Positions 40,281-51,237 are shown, counted from the first letter of the stretch. The stretch is DNA of 64,000 nucleotides from Pontiella sp. (GCA_050290185.1 JBNKHE010000004.1:192001-256000), one strand, 5' to 3'. Numbers and translations are program-made. The notes: generated by a model from the sequence alone, not told the origin.

Positions 40281-41312
40281 TTAGATTGTGGTTTTTTCCG
40301 CATGCGCCGGGCCCGTTGCGCCATGCGTCTTCAGGGGCTCTTTTCTGCCCCCGCCGTCCATGGTGCGGATCGTTCCGTCTTCATTGTATTCCAGCTCGCA
40401 AACCTTCAAACTGCGCAGCCAGGTCTTTCCCTCTGAAGGAACGCAGTCGTGATGGAACAGATACCACTTCCCGTTAAACTCTGCGATCGAATGGTGCGTA
40501 GTCCAACCCACCACCGGAGTCAGAATAACACCCGTGTAGGTGAAAGGCCCATAGGGATTGTCCCCCACGGCATAGCACAGCTTTTGCGAATTCCCGGTTG
40601 AATACGAGAAGTAATATTTTCCCTGGTAGGTATGCATCCATGCAGCTTCGAAAAAACGGCGTTCATGATCCCCGGCTTTCAACACCTCGCCGTGGTCATC
40701 GAGGATGACAACCTCCCGCGGCTCTTCGCCGAATTCGAGCATATCGTCGCGCAGGATCGCCACCCGTGCGGACAATGCCGGCTCATGGTCTTCAGGCTCC
40801 TTCCCGCAATCGATGGCCTTGTTGTCCCGGTAGCATTGCAACTGCCCGCCCCACAACCCCCCGAAGTACATATAATGCGAGCCGTCATTATCACGGAATA
40901 CGCAGGGATCGATCGAGTAGCTGCCGTTGATCGGAGCCTCCTGCGCAACAAAAGGACCTTCGGGCTTATCGCTGATGGCTACGCCGATACGGAAAACCCC
41001 TTCCGGATCCTTGGCGGGAAAATAAAGATAGTATTTCCCATCCTTGCAGGCGCAGTCGCAGTCCCACATTTGACGATCCGCCCAGGGCACGTCCTCCACA
41101 TCCAGGGCAACGCCGTGATCCGTCACCTCGCCCGCGAGGTCTTTCATCGAGAAAACGTGGTAATCGCGCATGGCGAAATGATCCCCGTTGTCGTTTTCGG
41201 GGATGCCCGCGTCGATGTCGTGCGACGGATAGATATACAGTTTTCCGTTGAAGATATGCACAGAGGGATCAGCCGTGTACATATGCGTTACGAGATATCG
41301 TTCCTTTTTCAT
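40281..41312 (-). CDS. GH43 beta-xylosidase/arabinofuranosidase
   Basis: YTADPS, YIYPSHD, SIDP, GGLWGGQL, FFEA, WTTHHSI. Confidence 0.92.
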   Translation of the reverse strand: MKKERYLVTHMYTADPSVHIFNGKLYIYPSHDIDAGIPENDNGDHFAMRDYHVFSMKDLAGEVTDHGVALDVEDVPWADRQMWDCDCACKDGKYYLYFPAKDPEGVFRIGVAISDKPEGPFVAQEAPINGSYSIDPCVFRDNDGSHYMYFGGLWGGQLQCYRDNKAIDCGKEPEDHEPALSARVAILRDDMLEFGEEPREVVILDDHGEVLKAGDHERRFFEAAWMHTYQGKYYFSYSTGNSQKLCYAVGDNPYGPFTYTGVILTPVVGWTTHHSIAEFNGKWYLFHHDCVPSEGKTWLRSLKVCELEYNEDGTIRTMDGGGRKEPLKTHGATGPAHAEKTTI

Positions 41313-41498
41313 TATTTGATCCGCTGTTTTTCACTATTCATGGTTAGTTAATATCACCCGGCATCGAAATTCTTCACCCGCGAATCTATCGCATTCAATC
41401 CATTTTAAACCCCATGCAGAATGCGGGTCAGATATTTTCATAGTACACTCCAAGGTGATGACTATCCCACATCCCGGAAATCATCACAATCGGGTCTC

Positions 41499-41529
41499 AT
41501 GAATTCAAAATCCCGCATTATGAAACATG
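41499..41529. promoter_or_regulatory. Candidate XylR operator upstream of the GH43 operon
   Basis: ATGAATTCAAAATCCCGCATTATGAAACATG; ATGAAW direct repeat at 21 bp period. Confidence 0.6.
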
Positions 41530-41551
41530 CAAAACCGTATGCCCTACCCTC

Positions 41552-41580
41552 TTGACAAGCTGGGCTTTCGCGCCTATAGC
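41552..41580 (+). promoter_or_regulatory. Candidate sigma70 promoter of xylR
   Basis: TTGACA-N17-TATAGC. Confidence 0.45.
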
Positions 41581-41602
41581 TGAACAAAATAGTAATAATT
41601 TC

Positions 41603-42745
41603 ATGATCAAACGTAAACACATTATGCTGTTGCTCGAATGGTACGATTACCGTATCCATCGCGGAGTGGCCCAGATTGCCCGGGAATGTGGATGGCAGTT
41701 GAACTGCCCGAAAGATCCCGTAACCAATGAAGGCTATCTGAAAGACTGGAAAGGCGATGGATGCATTGCGTTGCTGCAGTGCCGCGAAACGCTTGAGTAT
41801 TTCAGAACCCACCAAATCCCGCTGGTTGATCTGGGCCTCGGGGAACATGGGCTGCCCATTCCCCGGATCGTCACCGACAATCGTGAAATCGGCAGGATGG
41901 CGGCCGAGCATTTCCGCGATCACGGCTATCGCGAGGTATTCGCACTGGGCCCCGGCAATATCCCGATGTACAAGGAACGCTTCGACGCCTTGAAGGAATT
42001 CATGGAGGAAGACGGGGGAAGCGCAACCGCGTTGCAAACCGCGGAAACCATGCAACCGGACGTGATGCGGGAACTCACCCGGATTGCAAGGCAACGTGCG
42101 CATCGGCTGGAAGAACTCTCGATAGGCTTTTTTGCCTATCAGGACAACATGGCCGCCGAAATGATTTCCATGTGCCTACAGAACGAGTTGCGCGTTCCTG
42201 AGAACATTGCGGTGCTTGGCGTGGACAACGACGACCTGATAAACTCCGGACTCACCGTAAGCCTCAGCAGTATTGACAGTGATCAGGAAGGACTCGGCCG
42301 GCAGGCCGCCCAGCTATTACGCGAGATGCTGGATAACCCTTCATACCAGCCGAACGATACGATTATCCGACATCCGCCAAAAGATGTGGTGGTACGAAAA
42401 AGCACAGACTGCTACGCCGTGCGAAACCCCCTGGTATCAGAAGCGCTTCATTGGATTCAAAACAACTTTCACACAGGCATTCAGGCGGTGGACGTCGCCG
42501 ACGCCATGGGCGTTACGCAGCAAGGATTGCAGAAAGCGTTTTCTGCAAACTACTCCCGTTCCCCCGGGCAGGAGATCCGGTATCAGCGCATACAGACGGT
42601 CGCACACCTGCTGAACAGCACCAATGCCCGGCTTGAGGATATTGCAGAAAACTGCGGCTTCACCTCCGTGGATACGCTTATCAGCAACTTCCGAAGGGAG
42701 TTCAGTACAACGCCGGGAAAATACCGGAAGCAAAAACGAAAATAG
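41603..42745 (+). CDS. xylR: XylR-type regulator (LacI-like sensor + AraC HTH)
   Basis: WKGDGCI, DNREIGRMAAEHF, VPENIAVLGVDND, IAENCGF..FRREFSTTPGKYR. Confidence 0.85.
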   Translation: MIKRKHIMLLLEWYDYRIHRGVAQIARECGWQLNCPKDPVTNEGYLKDWKGDGCIALLQCRETLEYFRTHQIPLVDLGLGEHGLPIPRIVTDNREIGRMAAEHFRDHGYREVFALGPGNIPMYKERFDALKEFMEEDGGSATALQTAETMQPDVMRELTRIARQRAHRLEELSIGFFAYQDNMAAEMISMCLQNELRVPENIAVLGVDNDDLINSGLTVSLSSIDSDQEGLGRQAAQLLREMLDNPSYQPNDTIIRHPPKDVVVRKSTDCYAVRNPLVSEALHWIQNNFHTGIQAVDVADAMGVTQQGLQKAFSANYSRSPGQEIRYQRIQTVAHLLNSTNARLEDIAENCGFTSVDTLISNFRREFSTTPGKYRKQKRK

Positions 42746-42864
42746 GATCCCGCTGACCGCCCCGACCTTGCCCGGCATCCGAACCATAAAACATGTCAAC
42801 CAAGCTCTAAACGGTGCCCATCGACTACGCAATACACCAGACGCCAACGGGCAATACCATCGGC

Positions 42865-43620
42865 TTAAGATTCATGACGCCAGGCATTTAGCTCGCCAAC
42901 AATGCCAAGGCCCTTGAGCGTCAGCTTGGGGTCGATTACGGCCTCAACGTCCCAGTCTTTGAAAATCCATCCGGCATAGCCACCGGTACAGCACACCGGG
43001 AGCATCGGTGCATCAAGGTCGTCTTTCAGGGCCGCCAGAATTTCTCGCACCATGCCGCGATAGCCCAACCGTGCGCCGATCTGCATCGCCTGTGCCGTAT
43101 TGCGCCCGACAACCGCTTTGGTTCTGGATGGCTCAACATGCGGGAGCAAAGCAGTCTTTTCTGCCAGGTAATCGAACATGAGCGGCAGGCCGGGACAGAT
43201 AATTCCGCCGATATAGCCGCGCGATGCGTGAACGATGTCAAACGTCAGCGCCGTTCCAAAATCACACACCACGGAAGGGGTTCCAAAAAGCTGCGCAGCG
43301 GCCGCGGCATTGGCCAGACGGTCGGCACCGATCCGATCGGGATTGGGATAATCGACGGGAACACCTAGTTCCATTTCATGCGAGACAAACAGCGGCGCCG
43401 GCAGGCCGGCACTCTTCAGCACCTTTTTCCAGCGTGTATTTACAGAAGGAACAACGGAAGCAATGACCACAGCATCAACAGACTTGATCGTGATAAGCGA
43501 AACGACTTCCTCCGTCGCCTTGAAACGCGATTTGCAGCGCCCTATTCCACTCACCTTACCATTGCGATAGTAACCTACCGAGGTGCTGGTATTGCCGATA
43601 TCTATGACCAGCGTCGTCAT
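42865..43620 (-). CDS. coaX: Type III pantothenate kinase
   Basis: IDIGNT, IGADRL, DFGTALTFD, GGIICPG, TGG. Confidence 0.94.
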   Translation of the reverse strand: MTTLVIDIGNTSTSVGYYRNGKVSGIGRCKSRFKATEEVVSLITIKSVDAVVIASVVPSVNTRWKKVLKSAGLPAPLFVSHEMELGVPVDYPNPDRIGADRLANAAAAAQLFGTPSVVCDFGTALTFDIVHASRGYIGGIICPGLPLMFDYLAEKTALLPHVEPSRTKAVVGRNTAQAMQIGARLGYRGMVREILAALKDDLDAPMLPVCCTGGYAGWIFKDWDVEAVIDPKLTLKGLGIVGELNAWRHES

Positions 43621-44483
43621 ACAAAATCGAGGGCGAGATCGATGGACGGTGCGGAATGGGTCAGGGCTCCGACGGAAAGTGCATCAACACCGGTATGAGC
43701 AATGGCATGGATGGTCGTCAGATTGATTCCGCCTGATGCCTCGGTCTTGCAGATGCCTTTGCAGAGGGCCACGCACTCGCGCAGCACGGGGGGCGGCATG
43801 TTGTCGAGCAGCACCCAGTCCGGCTTTGTTTCAAGGGCCTCTCTGAGCTGCTCGATGGTGTCGACCTCGACCTCGATCTTCAGGTCGGGATATCTTGCAC
43901 GGGCAGCGGCAACCGCCTCGCCCACACCAATCCCGTGGGTACGTTCCCAGGACGCCAGGTGGTTGTCTTTAATCAACACGGCATCGAACAGACCGTAGCG
44001 ATGATTTACCCCGCCGCCGCAACGGACGGCATACTTTTCGAAGGGACGGAGCAACGGCGTGGTCTTGCGGGTGCAGAGAATATCGACATCGGGATTGTCG
44101 GCGGCCTTGACGTACTCCGCCGTAATGGTGGCCACGCCGCACATACGCTGGATAAAGTTGAGCGCGGTCCGTTCCGCCGTCAGGATGCTCTTGGCCGAAC
44201 CGCGGATGATCAACACATTGGTGCCGGCTTCCACTTGGGTTCCATCGGATACCTGTTCTTCGATTTCAAGATCGGGATTGGTTTGCAGGAAGACTTCCCT
44301 AGCCACCGCAATACCGGCGATCACGCATTTTTCGCGCGCAACGAGATGCGCTTCGGCAAGCGCCTCCGGCGAAACGAGCGATTCGGAGGTAACATCCACC
44401 CCGATGTCACCCAGGTCTTCCTGAAGCGCAAGCCGGATCGATGCGCGGACTTCTTTTCGTTCAAATATATTCGGTAGATACAC
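43617..44483 (-). CDS. nadC: Quinolinate phosphoribosyltransferase
   Basis: ERTALNF, TRKTTP, NHRYGL, IKDNH, LLDNM, EASGG. Confidence 0.96.
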   Translation of the reverse strand: MYLPNIFERKEVRASIRLALQEDLGDIGVDVTSESLVSPEALAEAHLVAREKCVIAGIAVAREVFLQTNPDLEIEEQVSDGTQVEAGTNVLIIRGSAKSILTAERTALNFIQRMCGVATITAEYVKAADNPDVDILCTRKTTPLLRPFEKYAVRCGGGVNHRYGLFDAVLIKDNHLASWERTHGIGVGEAVAAARARYPDLKIEVEVDTIEQLREALETKPDWVLLDNMPPPVLRECVALCKGICKTEASGGINLTTIHAIAHTGVDALSVGALTHSAPSIDLALDFV

Positions 44484-44485
44484 CT

Positions 44486-45547
44486 CTATTCCCCCTGATT
44501 TCCTTGCATTTCCTTCATAAAACTTTTCCCCGACCCCATCAGAATGCTTATAGGCTTAAGCGCTTCGATGTTTTCGCAGAAAATTTTGATCGCGGCGGCG
44601 ATCGGAACCGACAGCAGCGCACCGACAATGCCCCACATCCAACCGAAAAAGACCAGCGAGAGCAGAATGACGACGGGGCTGAGGTTCAAATGGTCGCCCA
44701 TGATTTTCGGCTCAATGACATTCCCCATCGTCATCTGGATCAGCAGCAGGAGAATCGCCGTGAAAACCGGCATCCAAACGGAGGGATAGAACTGGACGAC
44801 GGCCAACAGAATCGGCGGAATCGATGCGATGATTGAACCGATGCTGGGAATGAAGTTGAGAAAGAAAGCCAGCGCTCCCCAGGTGAGCGCAAACTCGACC
44901 CCGAGGAGGCTCAGACTCAGCCAGACCAAAACCCCGGTCGTGCCGCTGATCGCCACCTTGACGATCAGATATTGACCGATCTGTTTGGAGATGGAAGCCG
45001 TCATGGTGGAGAAGGTTTCCGCCCGGTCCGGCGGGAAGGCCCGTTCAACCTTGTACTTAAAGTAGGGTTTCCCCAGCAGCATAAAGACCAGGAAAATCAG
45101 GACCAGAAGCAGCTTTCCCAGAAAGTTCCCCATGTATATGGCGACCGACGCGGAAAGGCTGGCGAGCTTAGGCCCCAGTTTTTCCGCCCAGTTGAATCCG
45201 GCAAGATAGTCTTCGGGCAGATCCAGATTCGCGACGGCATCGTGATAGATGGTGTTCAGCTGGGTCACGTACTTGGGCGATTGGGCCAGCACATCGCTCA
45301 CCCGGCCGCTCAGGAAGATGCCGAAGAAATAGCAGACAAACAGCACCAGCACGAGCACCGCGAAAACCGCCAGTCCCAGCGGTACTTTTTTATGCACCAG
45401 ATAGTTCACCACCGGCCCGCAGATATATGAAAGCAGCCAGGCGATCATCAGCGGGATGACTACATTGTAGGCCACCTTAAACGCCGCCGCCACCGCGAAC
45501 AGCACCAGCATACTCAGCAGGCCCACCATTAAATTTGATCTCTTCAT
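44486..45547 (-). CDS. AI-2E family transporter
   Basis: LNFIPSIG, GNVIEPKIMG..LNLSP, GALLSVP. Confidence 0.88.
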   Translation of the reverse strand: MKRSNLMVGLLSMLVLFAVAAAFKVAYNVVIPLMIAWLLSYICGPVVNYLVHKKVPLGLAVFAVLVLVLFVCYFFGIFLSGRVSDVLAQSPKYVTQLNTIYHDAVANLDLPEDYLAGFNWAEKLGPKLASLSASVAIYMGNFLGKLLLVLIFLVFMLLGKPYFKYKVERAFPPDRAETFSTMTASISKQIGQYLIVKVAISGTTGVLVWLSLSLLGVEFALTWGALAFFLNFIPSIGSIIASIPPILLAVVQFYPSVWMPVFTAILLLLIQMTMGNVIEPKIMGDHLNLSPVVILLSLVFFGWMWGIVGALLSVPIAAAIKIFCENIEALKPISILMGSGKSFMKEMQGNQGE

Positions 45548-45724
45548 CCAAATTCCCCTTAAAAACGCGTGTATTGATAAACCACCTCGGTGATTATTGA
45601 AACCCTAATCGTCACGTCCTTGACACTATTGACGGGCGTATCCGGTGGCACATCGGGCAGAAAGAGTTTGCGGGCAATGCGCCGGAACGTTAGTTTTTCC
45701 GCCACGACTATCATGGAGATCTAT

Positions 45725-48700
45725 ATGAAGTTTTTGAAGCGAACCGCCCTGTTATTCCTCGTCCTGCTGTTATCCGCTTCCCCGCTCACCGCCAAGGAAT
45801 TCCTGTCCATCGAAAAGATCGTCGGGCAGGCCGCTCTGGCCACTCCCGAAAAATATCCCGATTCGGACGACGCCCTGATCGACGATTTCATCCAGGTGGA
45901 ATACCAGACCGACGGAACCTCCGAAATGTGGGACGATACGGCGATCAAGATCCTGACAGAAAAAGGGAAGCGCGACAACCGGGTTCAAACGCTCTCCTTC
46001 AACACGTCGTACGGCACGAACTATTTCACTAGGGTCGAGATCATCAAGCCTGACGGCACAGTGGTTCCGGTCGATCTGAAAGCCAACACCAAGGTGATGG
46101 CCAACCCCGGACAGATGAGCGCAAATATCTACAACCCCAACTCGAAATTACTGCAGCTTTCCGTGCCCGGTCTGGAAGTGGGCGACACGTTGCACTACAT
46201 CGCATGCGACCTCCAAAGCAAAACCGTCGTGCCGGACACATGGAGCGACTATCAGACCTTCGAGGGCAACACACCGATCGAGCATCTGACCTATCAGGTG
46301 ATTGCCCCCACCAAACGGCCGTTGCAAAAGATTGCGCTGAAGGCCGAAATTCCCGACACGGTCTCCTTCGACAAGACCGTCAGCGATTCCGGCGATCAAA
46401 TCGTCTACACATGGACGGTACACGACGTCCCGCGCATGTTTGCGGAGCCCAACATGCCCAAACCCTACACGGTTGTTCAACGGCTGCTGGTCAGCACGGT
46501 TGATTCGTGGGAGGAGCTTTCCACCTGGTATTGGGATCTGTGCAAGCCGCGACTCGAGGCCACCACCCCCGAAATGGAGGCCATGGCCCACGAACTGACG
46601 GCCGGCTGCACCAACACGATGGACAAGATCAAGGCCATCTTCAACTTCGTCTCTCAGGATATCCGCTACATGGGCATCACGCCCGAAGAAGAGGCCCCGG
46701 GTTACGAACCCCACGACGTTAACATCACCTTCGAAAACCGCTACGGGGTATGTCGCGACAAGGCCGCGCTGCTGGCTGCCATGCTTCGCTGCGTCGATAT
46801 CGAGTCCTTTCCGGTCATCATCATGGCCGGCCCCAAGAAGGACGAGGAAGTTCCGCAGCCGTTCTTCAACCATGCCGTAACGGCCGCGCTGGGCGACGAC
46901 GGTGAATATATCCTGATGGACTCCACCGACGAGAACACCAAGGATATCTTCCCCTCCTACCTGCAGAACATGAGCTATCTCGTTGCCCGCCCCGAAGGCG
47001 AAACCCTACGAACCTCGCCCGTCATCCCCGCCGAAGAAAATCTGCTCCGGATCTCCACCACCGGATCCCTCGATACATCAGGCACATTGAAAGCCAAAAG
47101 CACCCTGCGCTTCGAAGGAATCAACGACACGGTTTACCGGGGCTATTTTTCTCAAATCAAACCGGAGGAACGCCACCGTTTCTTTGAAGGCCACCTGAAG
47201 AAATCCATGCCGTCCGCCGTACTGGACTCGCTGGAGATCCTGCCCCGGGAGCTGCGCGACACCACCCAGCCATTGACGATCACGCTGACCTACTCCGCCG
47301 ACAATCTCCTGATCAAGGGCCCCGCCAACAAGATGTTCAAACCGCCGCGCCTTGGCGGATCGCTGGGTTACGCCAATTTCCTGCTGGGCCAGACCGGACT
47401 CGAAAAAAGAAAGTACCCGCTCTATACGCGCATGACCGCAGGCATCCGGGAAACCTTGAAACTTGAGCTTCCCGACGATCTTGGATCAGTGAACATTCCC
47501 GACTATCAGGCGATCGACACCAAACCGCTTACGTGGAACGTGCAGGTCGCGCAGACCGGCAACTTGCTTTCCGCCACCAATACCTTCCTGCTCAACACCG
47601 TGGAGTTCAGCCCGGAGGAATATCTGGAGCTCAAGCAAAACCTGAAGGACATCGAATACAACCTGCGGAAGAGCCTGATCATCGATACGGTTCCAACCAC
47701 CCTTTCGGGCGATGCCGATGTACGCGTTCTCGATCAGCAGACCGAAATCATATTGGAGAGCCCCGACCGCTGGACAGAAACCCAGCACTCGAAAATAAAA
47801 GTGCTCACCTATGCGGGAACGAAAGATTCCTCGGAAATCAAGATTCCCTACAATCCGGCATGGCAGGAGATCACACTGGCTTCCGCCACGGTAACCCTGC
47901 CTGATGGAACCGTGAAGAAAATCGTCGAGGATGAAATCAACCTGATGGATTCGTCCTGGGTGGCCACCGCCCCCCGCTACCCCGCCGAACGCATCCTGGT
48001 CGCCAGTCTGCCGGGCGTCGAGGTCGACAGCGTGCTTGAATATGAAATCGTATCCAAGGTCGATGGCAAGCCGTTCTTCTCGGCCGTGCAGACCTTCAAC
48101 GGCCACGACCCCATCGACCGCAAATCCGTTTCTCTGACCGTACCCGGGTCGATGGATATCGAAATCCGGAACAATGGTGTAGCGGAAAGCAAAACCGTCA
48201 GCGACGGCACCATGACCTACACGTGGACGGCGACCAACCAACCGGCCGTGAACAAAGAGGAAGCGCTGCCGGCATGGTGGACGTTCAACCCGGCAGTCTT
48301 CATCTCAACCGGCACATGGAAGGAATACAGCGAGCAGATTCTCGACCTTCTAATGGCCGCCACCCAGCATCAATCGAATGCAGAAAACCTCGCCCGGAAG
48401 TTGACGGCCGGCATGGACAGCAAAAGAGACCAGGTCGTCGCCCTGCGAAACTGGGTGGCGGAAAACCTGCGCACTGCGGGCCCCAACCTCACCAGCCTGC
48501 CGCTGTCGTCCATCACACCGGCGGATCAAACCTTGGCCGACCGCTACGGCAACAACACGGACTGCATGGTCGTGCTCTATACCCTGCTCAAAGCTAGCCA
48601 CTTCAAGCCTGAGTTCGTTCTTTCCGGCAACATCCCCCTCGTTCGCGAAGCCGCCAAGCCGTTGATCGACATCCCGTCGCGCACGGCGTTCAGCACCGTC

Positions 48701-49519
48701 CTGATCAAGGTTGATGTGGAAGGTGAAACGGTCTACCTCAACGGCTCTTCGCAGTACGCGGAACTCGGGACTTCCGCATACGACCACCGGGCCATGCTGA
48801 ACCTTGGAAACGGAAACGTGGAACAGATTCGTGTCGCCCCGGGCAAGGACGACCAGACCCATGTCATCTATGAAATGAACATTGCCGCCAACGGCGAGAT
48901 TGGACTGACCGAAACCGCCTCCGTACAAGGCACGCGTTTCGAAGCGTTCCAGCAAACCTATGCAGAGATGACGCCGGAAAACCGCCGTCGCCATTATCTT
49001 GAATTAGTGTCGTCGATTTCCCAATCCGCCAAGGCCGCCTCGGACCTGGTCACCGACTACAGCATCTATCCCGGCAAAATGGAATATTCGGTCTATGCTC
49101 CGCGCTACGGGGTGCGGGACGGCGATTATCTCTACTTCACCCTCCCCGACGACCTGCTTGGCGGATTGCTGAAATACCGGTCCAACGAACGTACCTTGCC
49201 ATTGTCCTGGGAAAACTATGTCGACCGCGTGGCCGAGTTCATCATCATCCTGCCCGACGGCTACGAGCCGGCCATTATGCCGCGCAATTTTTCATGGCAG
49301 GCCCCCGAAGGGGCGGGCATGGTGGATGTCAGCGTGGAATACGACCCGCTCGCAAACGCTATTCGAATGGTCCAGATTGCCGACATCCAGCCGGCTTTGA
49401 TCCCGGCGGACAAGTTCCCTGCGATTATTGCGGCCGGCCGAAGGCTCGCCCACCCCGACATGCACACGATCCTGCTGAAAAAAACCGCCACGAAGAAAAA
49501 ACACAAGAAGCGGCATTGA
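45725..49519 (+). CDS. Secreted tandem DUF3857/transglutaminase-like protein
   Basis: Signal peptide; two repeated halves (PGLEVGD / PGVEVDS); YGVCRDKA, FNHA, MDST in the first half. Confidence 0.85.
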   Translation: MKFLKRTALLFLVLLLSASPLTAKEFLSIEKIVGQAALATPEKYPDSDDALIDDFIQVEYQTDGTSEMWDDTAIKILTEKGKRDNRVQTLSFNTSYGTNYFTRVEIIKPDGTVVPVDLKANTKVMANPGQMSANIYNPNSKLLQLSVPGLEVGDTLHYIACDLQSKTVVPDTWSDYQTFEGNTPIEHLTYQVIAPTKRPLQKIALKAEIPDTVSFDKTVSDSGDQIVYTWTVHDVPRMFAEPNMPKPYTVVQRLLVSTVDSWEELSTWYWDLCKPRLEATTPEMEAMAHELTAGCTNTMDKIKAIFNFVSQDIRYMGITPEEEAPGYEPHDVNITFENRYGVCRDKAALLAAMLRCVDIESFPVIIMAGPKKDEEVPQPFFNHAVTAALGDDGEYILMDSTDENTKDIFPSYLQNMSYLVARPEGETLRTSPVIPAEENLLRISTTGSLDTSGTLKAKSTLRFEGINDTVYRGYFSQIKPEERHRFFEGHLKKSMPSAVLDSLEILPRELRDTTQPLTITLTYSADNLLIKGPANKMFKPPRLGGSLGYANFLLGQTGLEKRKYPLYTRMTAGIRETLKLELPDDLGSVNIPDYQAIDTKPLTWNVQVAQTGNLLSATNTFLLNTVEFSPEEYLELKQNLKDIEYNLRKSLIIDTVPTTLSGDADVRVLDQQTEIILESPDRWTETQHSKIKVLTYAGTKDSSEIKIPYNPAWQEITLASATVTLPDGTVKKIVEDEINLMDSSWVATAPRYPAERILVASLPGVEVDSVLEYEIVSKVDGKPFFSAVQTFNGHDPIDRKSVSLTVPGSMDIEIRNNGVAESKTVSDGTMTYTWTATNQPAVNKEEALPAWWTFNPAVFISTGTWKEYSEQILDLLMAATQHQSNAENLARKLTAGMDSKRDQVVALRNWVAENLRTAGPNLTSLPLSSITPADQTLADRYGNNTDCMVVLYTLLKASHFKPEFVLSGNIPLVREAAKPLIDIPSRTAFSTVLIKVDVEGETVYLNGSSQYAELGTSAYDHRAMLNLGNGNVEQIRVAPGKDDQTHVIYEMNIAANGEIGLTETASVQGTRFEAFQQTYAEMTPENRRRHYLELVSSISQSAKAASDLVTDYSIYPGKMEYSVYAPRYGVRDGDYLYFTLPDDLLGGLLKYRSNERTLPLSWENYVDRVAEFIIILPDGYEPAIMPRNFSWQAPEGAGMVDVSVEYDPLANAIRMVQIADIQPALIPADKFPAIIAAGRRLAHPDMHTILLKKTATKKKHKKRH

Positions 49520-49542
49520 TGCACTTCGGTCAAGGGATCCAC

Positions 49543-50226
49543 ATGAAACTCCACTATCTACAGCATGTCCCCTTTGAAGGGCTCGGCTACATCGAAGAGT
49601 GGGCACAGGCCCGGAACGTTCAAATCAGTTGCACCCGGCTGTTTGCCAACGAATCGTTGCCGGACACCGAAGACTTCGACTGGCTCGTCGTTATGGGCGG
49701 TCCGATGGGCATTTTCGACTATGCCGAACACCCTTGGCTTACGGCTGAAAAAAAATGCATTGAACGGGCCATCCACGCAGACAAAACGGTGGTCGGAATC
49801 TGCCTGGGGGCCCAGCTGATGGCTGATGTGCTCGGAGCAATAGTTTACCCCGGCCCGGAAAAGGAAATCGGATGGTTCCCGATCCTGCGGTCGGAAGACG
49901 CGCCGGAGCTGATCCCATCCCCTCTGACCGTCTTCCACTGGCACGGCGATACGTTTGACATTCCGGAGGGCGCAGTCGGACTGGCCACCAGTGAAGCAGG
50001 AATCAACCAGGGGTTCGTCTACAACCACAAAGCGGTTGCTCTGCAATTTCATATGGAAACCACGCCCGCCAGCATGAACGCCTTGATTCAAAACTGCGGT
50101 CACGAACTGGTCAATGCGCCCTATATTCAATCCGCCGGAGAAATGCGCAGCGGGCTTTCGAATATTCCATCCGTCAATGCCGCCATGGCAACCCTGCTCA
50201 ACAACCTGTTGCAAGTCCCCTGCTGA
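49543..50226 (+). CDS. Class I glutamine amidotransferase-like protein
   Basis: QHVPFEG, MGGPM, GICLGAQL, WHGDTF, QFHME. Confidence 0.9.
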   Translation: MKLHYLQHVPFEGLGYIEEWAQARNVQISCTRLFANESLPDTEDFDWLVVMGGPMGIFDYAEHPWLTAEKKCIERAIHADKTVVGICLGAQLMADVLGAIVYPGPEKEIGWFPILRSEDAPELIPSPLTVFHWHGDTFDIPEGAVGLATSEAGINQGFVYNHKAVALQFHMETTPASMNALIQNCGHELVNAPYIQSAGEMRSGLSNIPSVNAAMATLLNNLLQVPC

Positions 50227-50244
50227 TTCCATACGCTTCAACAC

Positions 50245-51177
50245 ATGTTAATCATCAACAGCATTGCCCCGATTTTCCTGCTGATCGCGCTCGGCAAGAT
50301 TCTGCAGAAAACAGCCTTCCTCCCGGACAGTTTCTTCAAGGGCCTGAACCGCTTTGTCTTCTGGTTTGCCCTGCCCGCCCTGCTAATCAGCAGCATTAGC
50401 GAAGCGAAGCTGGAGCTGACCGCCATCTCCCGGATTGTATTGCTACTGGCATGCGGCACCCTGCTGTCCATGTTGCTGGCATGGCTGCTCTCACGTCGGC
50501 TTTCGCTGCCAGCCCCGAAAACCGGCTCCTTCATCCAGGGTTCATTCAGGGGCAACGGCGCCTTCATCGCACTGCCCGTTATCACCTATTCCCTCGGCAC
50601 CATCGACCCGCAGGCCAAAACCCTCGCCACCGTCGTGCTCGCACCGGTCGTTGTCCTGTTCAATATGCTCGGAGTTCTCGTACTCACGCATTACAGCAGA
50701 AACAGAAAAAGTGCCGGCATATCGATCATTGCCGTGCTGACCGAACTGCTCAAGAATCCACTCATCATCGCCTGCGCGTCAGGCCTTGCTCTAAATCTGT
50801 TTCACCTGCATCTGCCGCAATTCCTGATCCGCCCCCTCGATGCGCTTGGGCACACGGCCCTTCCACTGGTACTCATGAGCATCGGGGCCTCCCTCGAATT
50901 TGAACGGTTGCGCGGCGCGGCATCACCCACACTGATCGCCTCGCTCATCAAAACCATGGCCGCACCGGCCTTCGGCTTCTTGCTGGCTGGGTGGTTCGGA
51001 CTCAGTCCGACGGAAAAACTGATCGCCATCTTCTATCTCGCGGCCCCCGCCGCCGGCATGTCGTACGTCATGGCCGAAGTGATGGGTAACGATGGCCCAT
51101 TGGCCGGTCGAATCGTCGCCTTCAGCACGTTGCTCTCCGCCGGCACCATCCCTATCATCATGGCCATTGGCTTATAG
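50245..51177 (+). CDS. AEC family transporter
   Basis: FALPAL, RGNG, KNPLII; multi-TM. Confidence 0.88.
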   Translation: MLIINSIAPIFLLIALGKILQKTAFLPDSFFKGLNRFVFWFALPALLISSISEAKLELTAISRIVLLLACGTLLSMLLAWLLSRRLSLPAPKTGSFIQGSFRGNGAFIALPVITYSLGTIDPQAKTLATVVLAPVVVLFNMLGVLVLTHYSRNRKSAGISIIAVLTELLKNPLIIACASGLALNLFHLHLPQFLIRPLDALGHTALPLVLMSIGASLEFERLRGAASPTLIASLIKTMAAPAFGFLLAGWFGLSPTEKLIAIFYLAAPAAGMSYVMAEVMGNDGPLAGRIVAFSTLLSAGTIPIIMAIGL

Positions 51178-51208
51178 CCCACCGACCTCCACACCAACCC
51201 GATACATC

Positions 51209-51237
51209 TTTACAAGTCCCCAAAAGCATCCTATTTT
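51209..51237 (+). promoter_or_regulatory. Candidate cassette promoter (Pc-like)
   Basis: TTTACA-N17-TATTTT directly upstream of the array. Confidence 0.55.
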
